DNA of 64,000 nt. Origin: a virus. Of the stretch, positions 19,468-27,574 are shown one piece after another. The stretch spans positions 27,807-91,806 of the IMG/VR virus record IMGVR_UViG_3300031957_001651, one strand, 5' to 3'. Below the pieces are notes generated by a model. The model saw nothing but the letters and a program-made list of their open reading frames with translations, ran no database searches and had not been told where the DNA came from. A program made the translations under genes and the position numbers. Numbering within the stretch: position 1 is the stretch's first letter; each line of letters begins with the position of its first letter.

Positions 19468-19490
19468 GAGACCCTAGGGTCTCTTTTTTT
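19468..19490 (+). terminator. Rho-independent terminator
   Basis: GAGACC/GGTCTC hairpin plus T7. Confidence 0.85.
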
Positions 19491-19521
19491 GTCTAAATAT
19501 GCTAGACTATGGAAAATATGA

Positions 19522-19950
19522 ATGGTCGATTATGAAAATCCTTGGACTTTCTTGGAACGAAGTTTTGATAGTTGCGATGTTGGGGACTACTTTGGTTTTG
19601 TTTATCTCATTACCAATCTCACAAACCAACGACAGTACATTGGGAGAAAGTATTTTTGGTCGTTCAGAACCCCAAAAGGGAAGAAACGAAAGGTCAAGCA
19701 AGAGAGTGATTGGAAGCGGTATTATGGATCTTGTCCAGAATTAAAAGAGGATATAGAAAAGATTGGTAAAGATAAATTCAAGAGAGAAATTATATCTTTA
19801 CACAAAACAAAAGGAAAAACAAACTTTGAAGAGACAAGACAGTTGTTTCTTAACAATGTTCTTACAGAATCTCTTAACGGAGAACCAGCATATTACAATA
19901 GTAATATTTTAAGTAGATATTTTAGAAAGGATTATTATGGAGACGATTGA
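19522..19950 (+). CDS. denA: GIY-YIG endonuclease (T4 endonuclease II-like)
   Basis: GFVYLI..QYIGRK, ESDWKRYYGS, YYNSNI; downstream of nrdB as in T4. Confidence 0.8.
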   Translation: MVDYENPWTFLERSFDSCDVGDYFGFVYLITNLTNQRQYIGRKYFWSFRTPKGKKRKVKQESDWKRYYGSCPELKEDIEKIGKDKFKREIISLHKTKGKTNFEETRQLFLNNVLTESLNGEPAYYNSNILSRYFRKDYYGDD

Positions 19951-20656
19951 TTCATACTTCAGATATTGTGCGGAGATAAGTAAAAAATCACAAATTACAG
20001 AATACAACGAACATGTTCTTCATATTAAGAATGTTTTTAAGGATCCATATAGGATGCTTAAGTTTCAATCTTTAATTAGTAAGTGGGAATCTTGTCATAA
20101 TGCTAAACCTGGAATTATGTCATTGAAACTTCCCTATTGGACTGGTGAAGTTATTGCAAAAGATATGATACCAGACTTACCACAACATGATGAGTATTTG
20201 AATGAGAGTGAGTTTTATTATTTTTACTATAATAATACTGGACTTGATTCTACTACAGATGACCTTAGAAGTAATAATTGTACATTACCACATACTGACC
20301 CAGGTTCAGATAGATCAATACCTAATATGATTGGTCTTATTAATTTGAATCAAAGAGATGTTTCTACTGGTTTTTGGGAATTTGATGGATGTCTGACAGA
20401 AGATACTGATGAAATTGCTGATGAATATAATGATTATTGCAATGATATAAATGAACATAATTTTGAAGAAAAAACTAATAGTACTTTGAAAAAATTATTT
20501 GATGTTTCTTATGGATTTAATGAGGCAATCTTTTATGACTCCAAAGCATTTCATCAACCAAATATAGATAAGTATTATACAAGAGAAAACCCACGTATCA
20601 TGATGAGGTTGTCATATGTTCTTGACGAGGAGGAGGATGAGTGTTATGATGACTGA
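19937..20656 (+). CDS. Putative 2OG-Fe(II) oxygenase-like protein
   Basis: LPHTD, GLINLN, TGFW, FNEAIFYDS..FHQP. Confidence 0.65.
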   Translation: METIDSYFRYCAEISKKSQITEYNEHVLHIKNVFKDPYRMLKFQSLISKWESCHNAKPGIMSLKLPYWTGEVIAKDMIPDLPQHDEYLNESEFYYFYYNNTGLDSTTDDLRSNNCTLPHTDPGSDRSIPNMIGLINLNQRDVSTGFWEFDGCLTEDTDEIADEYNDYCNDINEHNFEEKTNSTLKKLFDVSYGFNEAIFYDSKAFHQPNIDKYYTRENPRIMMRLSYVLDEEEDECYDD

Positions 20657-20670
20657 GTTGAAAGGGTACT

Positions 20671-20838
20671 ATGGAAGAGCAAGTTATCGATTGCGTTTCG
20701 GATGTTATTGATTGGGCTAACCAACGCATAGTTTCGGAAGATATTGAGTGGGAGGATGCAGCAGCATTATCCTTAGAGTTTAAAGAGTGGTTAGAAGAAG
20801 ATGAAATTGATCTCTTATACCTTGACAGACTTGACTAG
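20671..20838 (+). CDS. Small acidic hypothetical protein (55 aa)
   Basis: Read from sequence; TTGACG-17-TATGAT promoter upstream. Confidence 0.65.
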   Translation: MEEQVIDCVSDVIDWANQRIVSEDIEWEDAAALSLEFKEWLEEDEIDLLYLDRLD

Positions 20839-20850
20839 ATGATCTATAAT
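20822..20850 (+). promoter_or_regulatory. Consensus sigma70 promoter for tRNA operon
   Basis: TTGACA-17-TATAAT. Confidence 0.85.
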
Positions 20851-20855
20851 TTAAG

Positions 20856-20919
20856 AGTTGAGAAATCAACTGCGGTAACTCCCTTGGTAGTTTAGAGTTA
20901 GCGGCGATAGGAACTACCA
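20856..20919 (+). ncRNA. Putative structured RNA leader (GAAA hairpin plus H-type pseudoknot)
   Basis: AGTTGA-GAAA-TCAACT; TAACTC/GAGTTA stem whose loop GGTAGTT pairs with AACTACC. Confidence 0.5.
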
Positions 20920-20922
20920 TTT

Positions 20923-20994
20923 GGGCTCATAGTTAAGCGGATATAACCACCGCCTTCTAAGCGGTTATCCCAGGTTCGATTCCTGGTGAGCCTG
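20923..20994 (+). tRNA. tRNA-Arg(UCU)
   Basis: GGGCTCA/TGAGCCT acceptor; ACCGC-CTTCTAA-GCGGT; GGTTCGATT. Confidence 0.93.
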
Positions 20995-21010
20995 TTGCCT
21001 TTCTTCTTTT

Positions 21011-21211
21011 ATGGGTAAATATGATTTTGGTGGACAACCACCAGTAGCAGTCAATATACTGAGACTCATTAGTGAGTTGGAAGGTTCTTCTCAAATGCTT
21101 AAATATATGGGATTTGAAGAAGATATGAATGCTATCAATGAAATGAAGAAGAGATACTATAAACTCTACTTCAAAACCAATAAGGAAGAAAAGGCAAACA
21201 ATCCTCTATAG
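21011..21211 (+). CDS. Hypothetical protein between tRNAs
   Basis: 66-aa ORF; stop codon lies inside the 5' end of tRNA-Asn. Confidence 0.65.
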   Translation: MGKYDFGGQPPVAVNILRLISELEGSSQMLKYMGFEEDMNAINEMKKRYYKLYFKTNKEEKANNPL

Positions 21212-21274
21212 CTCAGTTGGTAGAGCACGGAGATGTTAACTCTGTTGTCCCTGGTTCGAGTCCAGGTGGAGGAG
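21202..21274 (+). tRNA. tRNA-Asn(GUU)
   Basis: TCCTCTA/TGGAGGA acceptor; CGGAG-ATGTTAA-CTCTG; GGTTCGAG. Confidence 0.92.
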
Positions 21275-21277
21275 TAT

Positions 21278-21348
21278 GCGGGTTTAGTTTAGAGGTAAAA
21301 CTGAAGGTTTCCAACCTTTCGTCAGGAGTTCGATTCTCCTAACCCGCT
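21278..21348 (+). tRNA. tRNA-Gly(UCC)
   Basis: GCGGGTT/AACCCGC acceptor; GAAGG-TTTCCAA-CCTTT. Confidence 0.92.
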
Positions 21349-21394
21349 TCATAGTAACATTACTAAATACAATCATTGTTAATTTAATTTGACC

Positions 21395-21643
21395 ATGATA
21401 TCTGTACAATGCAAGATCTGTAGAACAGAATTGTCAAGTACGTCTAAAGATCAATGCTGTGGTTGTTCAAATCAAATGGTATTGAAAGACGACAAAGTAA
21501 CTGCGGTTAACTTGGGTGATGTTTTGATAACAAAAAACAATAAAAGTATTAACAATCACATCTCGTTATCAAAATCAGACTTAGAATACCAGGAGAACCG
21601 TAGACGAAGAAAGGTTCGTAAACTTGATTTTGAGGTAAGGTAG
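21395..21643 (+). CDS. Small Zn-finger-like protein
   Basis: CKIC..CCGC; CTAAATA late promoter at 21363. Confidence 0.7.
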   Translation: MISVQCKICRTELSSTSKDQCCGCSNQMVLKDDKVTAVNLGDVLITKNNKSINNHISLSKSDLEYQENRRRRKVRKLDFEVR

Positions 21644-21876
21644 TGAGTCCTATCTACTACACAACATATCTTGTCTTGTTAATTTTCCTTACACTTGTTG
21701 TAATTGGTGGTTACGAGTCTACAATGCGGTTAGTTCATTATCTTGATCTGCAACTTAGAATGGGATTCATTAGAATTCAAATGTTTTTTATGAGACGTAG
21801 ATTGAAAAAGCAACTAATTAATTCTTTCCACAAAAAAAATGGAGGTAAAAATGCCAGAAACAAAAACTTGCCCTAA
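21643..21876 (+). CDS. Hypothetical membrane protein
   Basis: N-terminal hydrophobic helix, basic tail. Confidence 0.65.
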   Translation: MSPIYYTTYLVLLIFLTLVVIGGYESTMRLVHYLDLQLRMGFIRIQMFFMRRRLKKQLINSFHKKNGGKNARNKNLP

Positions 21877-22078
21877 GTGTGGTTCTACTTGGGTCGATGG
21901 ACAGCATTATTGGAGTGGCACTGGAGCACTAGGAAATGAAGATGATCTTGCGGGACTAGTCTGCAATAAGTTAGGAAACGATGACTGTATTAATCCAAAA
22001 CGTGGTTCTGAAGAAGGAATTACTTGGAACGATAGGATGGATAGTCTAAATAAAAAGCAAAATGAATTGGATCAGTGA
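21851..22078 (+). CDS. Hypothetical Cys-containing protein
   Basis: RBS GGAGG; CPKC..LAGLVCN..CINP. Confidence 0.75.
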   Translation: MPETKTCPKCGSTWVDGQHYWSGTGALGNEDDLAGLVCNKLGNDDCINPKRGSEEGITWNDRMDSLNKKQNELDQ

Positions 22079-22080
22079 TT

Positions 22081-22245
22081 ATGCCTAGAAGTAAAATGCA
22101 GAAGAATGATCTTGAAGCAAAAGTTTATAAACTAAAGAATGAACTTTATGATGAAACTCGACAAGATAAAGATGGTGAATGGCATGATGGTGCTCATTAT
22201 ACTTTAAATAGAGTTTTAGACATTCTACAAGAATATAGTAATTAA
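22081..22245 (+). CDS. Small hypothetical protein (54 aa)
   Basis: Read from sequence; packed. Confidence 0.65.
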   Translation: MPRSKMQKNDLEAKVYKLKNELYDETRQDKDGEWHDGAHYTLNRVLDILQEYSN

Positions 22246-22421
22246 TGGATTCAGATCAGGAGAGGGAGTTTTATAAGTCTTTGAGGGAAAGAATTCATCA
22301 ATTACGGATGGCTCATCTCTTTGAAGAACCTTGCCCACTCTATGAACCAGAGTGGGATGATGATCTTTGGGACTGTCGTCTTAGTTATGATTTCAATGAC
22401 GATGATTTGACAGATGGTTAG
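22245..22421 (+). CDS. Small acidic hypothetical protein (58 aa)
   Basis: TAATG coupling with upstream ORF. Confidence 0.65.
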   Translation: MDSDQEREFYKSLRERIHQLRMAHLFEEPCPLYEPEWDDDLWDCRLSYDFNDDDLTDG

Positions 22422-22435
22422 GAAAGTCTTATAAT
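22407..22435 (+). promoter_or_regulatory. Consensus sigma70 promoter
   Basis: TTGACA-17-TATAAT upstream of the hydroxylase/fucosyltransferase trio. Confidence 0.85.
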
Positions 22436-22462
22436 TAGTATGTTCGGAATTTTTTGATAATA

Positions 22463-23047
22463 ATGGAACCTAGTAATAAACATCAAGTTGCTGAAGATCC
22501 CTTCGTTTTTTATGAACAGATCATTCCTGATAAACTAGTAGATCTGATGGTAGAAGAACTACCAAAGTATGATGGATCATATGCAGAAGCAGAGATTGGA
22601 GATCGTCAAACTGGTGCATTGTTTGAAAATAAAAGAAACTCTAAAGTCTCTTGGATGTATGAAGATGACTGGGTTTCCTCTATGTTTGCACACTATTTCC
22701 ATTTGGCAAACAAAGAGTATTGGGAGTATGATCTTAATTGCTTAGATGGTATTCAGATCACTCGATATGATGAAGGTGATCATTATACCTGGCATTCTGA
22801 TTATGGAACTGCAGAAGATAATCGTTTTACCAGGAAACTAAGTGCAACTCTTCTAGTAACTGACCCTAGTGAGTATGAGGGTGGTGAACTAGAGTTCATT
22901 GACTATCATAATAATCTAGTTGTTGCACCTTCCACTAGAGGAACAATGATTGTGTTTGATTCACGTATTCCACATCGTGTTCGACCTGTGACTAAGGGAA
23001 CTAGGATTTCTCTTGTAACGTGGATGCTTGGTCCTAAACTAGTGTAA
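22463..23047 (+). CDS. Prolyl-4-hydroxylase-like 2OG-Fe(II) oxygenase
   Basis: RNSKVSW, QITRY, YTWHSD, RKLS, YEGGEL, PHRVRPVTKGTRISLVTW. Confidence 0.9.
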   Translation: MEPSNKHQVAEDPFVFYEQIIPDKLVDLMVEELPKYDGSYAEAEIGDRQTGALFENKRNSKVSWMYEDDWVSSMFAHYFHLANKEYWEYDLNCLDGIQITRYDEGDHYTWHSDYGTAEDNRFTRKLSATLLVTDPSEYEGGELEFIDYHNNLVVAPSTRGTMIVFDSRIPHRVRPVTKGTRISLVTWMLGPKLV

Positions 23048-23048
23048 G

Positions 23049-24188
23049 ATGGTTAGATATATTTCTTTTAGTCCCTATTATTCTGGACTAGTGAACATTA
23101 TAATGTCATATGAAATGTTTCTGGCAATAGCAGCAATTACTAAGAGGAAGGTTATTCTTCCTCCAGATTGTTGGATGCTCTTTTTGTCTAAGAGTCAGAA
23201 GAAAGAGGACTGGATTGATTTCTGGAAAATCTTTGATAAAGAAGTTCTTCTGGAAGAATTTGACTGCATTGAACATAGAGATGTTCCAGAGTTCCAAGGA
23301 AAACTTGGAAAGATGCAGGGAAAAGATTCATATACTAGGGATATTGGACGATGTGATTTAGATCTTTCTGAAATCATTTTTGATTCATCTACAGTTTCTG
23401 ATGAGCATACTGTATTTGTGAATGAAGAAATTGATACTCAGGACTTTCATGATTTCTGTCATAATCGAACTGTGATGGAACTTGATTGTGACGAACAGTT
23501 TTTGCATTTTGAAAATAATCTGTTTGGTCATTACTGGTATCATGTTTATCCTGGTGGTGAAAATCTTAGGAATAAACTAAAGGATAAAGTGAATAGAGTT
23601 TTGAGATATAATGATAAATTTTATTTCTATGCAGATACGGTCCACCAAGAACTCGGACCATTCAATTCTATTCACGTCAGACGAAACGATTTCTTAGATG
23701 CAAGAGAGGATGAGATTCAATGTGTAAATGCTCCTGAGAAGATTCTGGAGATGGTAGATAGACTTCCATTCTATGATAAGTCTTTACCTCTTTATATTGC
23801 TACTGACGAGCAAGATAGATCATTTTTTGATTTGCTTGGGGAAAAGTATGATATTCATTTCTATGAAGATTTTGATTATAAGTTTGGTGATGACTTTGAG
23901 GAAGATGATCTTCATATTGCGGTATTGGAACAAACAATATGTTCACAGTCTGAGAACTTCTTTGGAACTTATCTATCAACATTCTCGAAAAGAATTAATA
24001 TTATGAGAGGTCTTGAGAATAGACAAGCAGAAGATCATTTGGGTATTAATCATCTACCAGAAGAACCAGATGAGAACTTAGTAGATGTGTTTCCTTGGAG
24101 AAAGATGTCTGATAATACTTGGCAATGGAATTCATCATCACACTTGCAGTGGATGCATGAAGAGAATGGTAAATTGGTTGAACTATGA
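23049..24188 (+). CDS. GDP-fucose O-fucosyltransferase-family protein (POFUT-like GT-B)
   Basis: SGLVNIIMSYE, SIHVRRNDF, LYIATDE, EQTICSQSENFFGTYLSTFS. Confidence 0.75.
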   Translation: MVRYISFSPYYSGLVNIIMSYEMFLAIAAITKRKVILPPDCWMLFLSKSQKKEDWIDFWKIFDKEVLLEEFDCIEHRDVPEFQGKLGKMQGKDSYTRDIGRCDLDLSEIIFDSSTVSDEHTVFVNEEIDTQDFHDFCHNRTVMELDCDEQFLHFENNLFGHYWYHVYPGGENLRNKLKDKVNRVLRYNDKFYFYADTVHQELGPFNSIHVRRNDFLDAREDEIQCVNAPEKILEMVDRLPFYDKSLPLYIATDEQDRSFFDLLGEKYDIHFYEDFDYKFGDDFEEDDLHIAVLEQTICSQSENFFGTYLSTFSKRINIMRGLENRQAEDHLGINHLPEEPDENLVDVFPWRKMSDNTWQWNSSSHLQWMHEENGKLVEL

Positions 24189-24880
24189 GAGATGTTTTAC
24201 AACCCATATTCAATGATGTCCCTTTCAAGAAAGTAAAGGTTCCCGATAATCTTTATTCGTTTATGATGGATGAATACAAGAATCTAGTCTTTGATATTAA
24301 AGATCAAGACATTACTTATGATAGGAACTATAGAACTTATACGAGTGGTGGAATCTCAATAAAAGGTTCTAGGACACCCTTCTGCTTAAAGACTGAGATA
24401 TCTCAGGAATTGTATGATATGTGTTATGAAGAGATTACTCCAATGATTGAGGAGTGGTCTGGTCAAGAGTTGGAGATGACATGGGCATACGGGATTAGGA
24501 ACTATGTTCGGGATTCCATACTACATCTTCATAGAGACCGAATTGAAACTCATATAATTAGTTGTATAATTTATGTTGACCAACAATCTGAAGAGAATTG
24601 GGCATTAGATTTTTTTGATCACGAACACAATCATCATAAAGTTCTTTTTGAACCTGGTGATATGCTCTTTTACGAAAGTCTATGTTTGCATGGGAGAATT
24701 GATCCTTTACAAGGAGATTATTACAGAAACATGTACTTCCATTGGAAGCCAATTGATTGGTGGTACGACGACTTACACGACCTTAGGACTGACTTTAGAG
24801 ATGCAACAGAATTTAGAAATTATTACGGAAAAGAATATCTCTACGGCAGAGAAGAAAGAATCATTCCCAGAACTCTCTGA
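24185..24880 (+). CDS. Putative 2OG-Fe(II) oxygenase
   Basis: YGIRNY, LHLHRDR, PGDMLFYES..LHGR. Confidence 0.75.
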   Translation: MRDVLQPIFNDVPFKKVKVPDNLYSFMMDEYKNLVFDIKDQDITYDRNYRTYTSGGISIKGSRTPFCLKTEISQELYDMCYEEITPMIEEWSGQELEMTWAYGIRNYVRDSILHLHRDRIETHIISCIIYVDQQSEENWALDFFDHEHNHHKVLFEPGDMLFYESLCLHGRIDPLQGDYYRNMYFHWKPIDWWYDDLHDLRTDFRDATEFRNYYGKEYLYGREERIIPRTL

Positions 24881-24966
24881 ACCACCTGACGAACTGTCAC
24901 AGGAAGAGGATGATGAAGAGTACATTAAGTGGTATACTAATCATGATCAAGCATCGTGATGCCACT

Positions 24967-25039
24967 GCTTCCTTAGCAATCTGGTGAATGCAGCAAACTC
25001 ATAATTTGCCTAAGGTGAGTTCGATCCTCACAGGAAGCA
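24967..25039 (+). tRNA. tRNA with CAU anticodon (elongator Met or Ile2)
   Basis: GCTTCCT/AGGAAGC acceptor; GCAAA-CTCATAA-TTTGC; GTTCGAT. Confidence 0.88.
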
Positions 25040-25096
25040 TTGGGATTGACTTTCAGTCCCAAATCTGATAAACTACTGGAGTAATTACACAAGACA

Positions 25097-25312
25097 ATGA
25101 CTATCACTGCTAAGTTCAAGAAGGATCTCAATACCCTTCGTTCTGCTGCAAACGGTGAAATTCTTCTAGACGTGAAGAATCCAAAACTTTTTAAAAAAGT
25201 ACGTCGTTACTATGAGAACACTGGTGTTGTATTCTCTGGTGATCCACTTGATGATTATGATATCTTGATGGAATGGATTGCTAGTGATCTTGAAACCACA
25301 GAGGTTGTTTGA
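25097..25312 (+). CDS. Conserved cyanophage hypothetical protein
   Basis: LDVKNPKLFKKVRRYYE; TTGACT-17-TAAACT promoter at 25046. Confidence 0.75.
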   Translation: MTITAKFKKDLNTLRSAANGEILLDVKNPKLFKKVRRYYENTGVVFSGDPLDDYDILMEWIASDLETTEVV

Positions 25313-25545
25313 TGAAAGTTCTATTAGAACGTTTCCCCTATCGTTATGTTGAGTGTGGAACTCTTGAAAATGGGTTCCCAGATTACCGCATTCAAAAGGC
25401 GCATCACTACACTAAGAGGTATAGTGACATGTATCTCCTTGATAATCAGATGCAACTATTGACTGTTATTGATGACTTTGAATACACCAAATGGTTAGAT
25501 CCTGAAGGTGTACCTTGTTATATCAAAGACTCGGTAGGTCGTTAA
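25312..25545 (+). CDS. Conserved cyanophage hypothetical protein
   Basis: ERFPYRYVE..PDYRIQK..KWLDP. Confidence 0.75.
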   Translation: MKVLLERFPYRYVECGTLENGFPDYRIQKAHHYTKRYSDMYLLDNQMQLLTVIDDFEYTKWLDPEGVPCYIKDSVGR

Positions 25546-25560
25546 ACTAGCCCTGGTCGG
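25528..25560 (+). ncRNA. Pseudoknot RNA module A (possibly manA-motif related)
   Basis: GAC-TCGGTAG-GTC stem; loop pairs with CTA..CTG; ends TGGTCGG. Confidence 0.45.
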
Positions 25561-25580
25561 AGTATTATTTCAAATAAAAT

Positions 25581-27131
25581 ATGTTTAACCTAGGTATTCA
25601 TGGTTCTCACAATGCAACACTTGTATTGTCTTATGAAGATGAAGTTTTAGAAGTAGTAGAACTTGAGAGATTTATCTCTCATAAAAATGCTGCTCTATAT
25701 TTTTATGAGAATCCTCCTCATGCAATTAGTTTTGTAAGGGAGATTGGTGAATACTTTAAAAGGAAATATAATTTTGACAGGTATGATGTAGTTTGTATTA
25801 ACTCTATGCCTGAAGAGAAGTTTCCTTGGAAAGATGTATTTGGTGATGCCGATATTGAGTATTGTGATCATCATGTTGCTCATACCTGTTCTGCCTTCTA
25901 TCAATCACCATATAATCAAGCATTAGTTGTTTCTTTTGATGGTGGTTCTGATGAGGGTTTCTTTAATGTATATACCATTGAGAGAGGTGAAGACCCAGTA
26001 AAGTTGTATTCTGGTAAGAAAGATTATGCTGTCTCTTATATGGCAGCTGGTCATTTTGTTCCTGCCATTCGCAACGAAGAAGATATTTACAAAGGTAATC
26101 TAGTTTATCCTGGTAAATTGATGGGTTATGTTGGATATGGTGAATATCGTGATGATATTGCTAATAAGTTGATTCAATTTTATGAATCAAATACTTATGA
26201 CGATGTTCCAGATGCTGTCTGTAGATTTGTACAAAAGTTTGGACTAGAAGACTGGTCTGAACAATTCGGACTACAGGATGCACAAGATATTGCAACAACT
26301 AATCAAATTGTATTTGAGAAGTTGTTCAGAGAAGAGATACAACCATTTCTAGATCAGTATCCAGATTTACCTTTGGTTTTGACTGGTGGTTGTGCTCTTA
26401 ATATCATTAACAATACGAATCTAGCAAGAGAACGTGAAGTTTTCATTCCACCAAATCCTAGTGATTGTGGCATTGCATTAGGTGCGTTGCTATACATCAT
26501 TAAACCAGAACGTCAGATTGATATCACTTATTCGGGATCACCTGTGTGGGATCGAATGGAGATTGGTAGATATCTACGTGAAAGAGAGAATTGTCAAGAG
26601 ATTTCTGCAAAAGAAGTTGCAAAGATTATTCACGATGGTGGTATTGTTGGTGTAGTTCGTGGTGGATCTGAGCATGGTCCTAGAGCACTCGGGAATAGAA
26701 GTCTCTTATGTGATGCAACTAATCCCGATATGAAAGACATTATGAATCTTAAGGTGAAGAATCGAGAATCGTTTAGACCTTTTTCTCCAATTGTAAGACT
26801 TGAAGATTTAACCAAGTATTTTGATTGGGAAAAGGAGTCTAGACATATGTCCTTTTCACCAGAAGTGAGACCAGAGTATCGTAAATTACTATCTTCTGTT
26901 ACTCATGTAGACGGAACTGCAAGAGTTCAAACAGTTACTAGAACCCAGAATGAATATATCTACCAGATTCTAGGTGAACTAGACACTATGTCTGGTCATG
27001 GAGTTCTACTCAATACTTCTTTTAATGTAGCAGGTAAACCAATCTTGAATACATATAAGGAAGCATTTGAAGTTCTCGATGCAAAACCCATAACTGGGTT
27101 AGTCCTAGAAGATTACTATTTTCCAAAATGA
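25581..27131 (+). CDS. Carbamoyltransferase (NodU/CmcH family)
   Basis: GSHNA, ELERF, HHVAH, DGGSD, GGCALN, DCGIALG, EHGPRALGNRS, RESFRPF, HVDGTARVQT, NTSFN. Confidence 0.93.
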   Translation: MFNLGIHGSHNATLVLSYEDEVLEVVELERFISHKNAALYFYENPPHAISFVREIGEYFKRKYNFDRYDVVCINSMPEEKFPWKDVFGDADIEYCDHHVAHTCSAFYQSPYNQALVVSFDGGSDEGFFNVYTIERGEDPVKLYSGKKDYAVSYMAAGHFVPAIRNEEDIYKGNLVYPGKLMGYVGYGEYRDDIANKLIQFYESNTYDDVPDAVCRFVQKFGLEDWSEQFGLQDAQDIATTNQIVFEKLFREEIQPFLDQYPDLPLVLTGGCALNIINNTNLAREREVFIPPNPSDCGIALGALLYIIKPERQIDITYSGSPVWDRMEIGRYLRERENCQEISAKEVAKIIHDGGIVGVVRGGSEHGPRALGNRSLLCDATNPDMKDIMNLKVKNRESFRPFSPIVRLEDLTKYFDWEKESRHMSFSPEVRPEYRKLLSSVTHVDGTARVQTVTRTQNEYIYQILGELDTMSGHGVLLNTSFNVAGKPILNTYKEAFEVLDAKPITGLVLEDYYFPK

Positions 27132-27475
27132 ATCATATAGATAAACCGTGGGGTTGGTATAAAGATCTTGAAAGACATCATAATGTGGTGATTAAAAAGA
27201 TTTATGTTAAACCTTTTAAGAGAATTTCTCTTCAAAAACATGCTTATAGAGATGAGTTTTGGTATATTCTTTCTGGTTCTGGGGAGGTAATTGTTGGTAA
27301 TGAAAATTTACCAGCAAATCCAGGTGTATCTTTTATTATTGGTAGAGGTGAAATTCATCGAATTACAGCAAATTCTGATGGTATTACCTTCCTAGAAGTT
27401 CAAGAAGGTGAATGTAGAGAAGATGATATTGTCCGTTTAGAGGATGATTATAATAGAGTCACGGATGGACTGTAA
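27128..27475 (+). CDS. Cupin, mannose-6-phosphate isomerase (type II C-terminal)-like
   Basis: KPWGWY, RISLQKH..RDEFW, LEVQEG..EDDIVRLEDDY. Confidence 0.85.
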   Translation: MNHIDKPWGWYKDLERHHNVVIKKIYVKPFKRISLQKHAYRDEFWYILSGSGEVIVGNENLPANPGVSFIIGRGEIHRITANSDGITFLEVQEGECREDDIVRLEDDYNRVTDGL

Positions 27476-27540
27476 CAGAACTGGTGGAGTCAATTGACCC
27501 TATTAGGTTTCTTGTTTCCTCAAAAAACAAGTGGCGAGCC
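27457..27540 (+). ncRNA. Tandem pseudoknot RNA modules B and C (manA/wcaG-type cis RNA candidate)
   Basis: AGTC-ACGGATG-GACT; AGG..CCT with loop CTTGTTT pairing AAACAAG; two UGGYG motifs. Confidence 0.55.
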
Positions 27541-27550
27541 TGCAAGACCC

Positions 27551-27574
27551 AGAGGGAATCTTTCCCTCTTTTTT
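27551..27574 (+). terminator. Rho-independent terminator
   Basis: AGAGGGA/TCCCTCT hairpin plus T-run; CTAAATA follows at 27578. Confidence 0.8.

Noticed and set aside
20871-20919. HDV-like/theta or pistol ribozyme next to tRNA
   Set aside because: It lies 5' of the tRNA, and I could not fit the nested double pseudoknot or pistol consensus. Kept only as an unknown structured RNA.
24615-24959. 114-aa ORF overlapping the oxygenase
   Set aside because: Mostly an alternate frame of 24185-24880; only the acidic tail could be a remnant.
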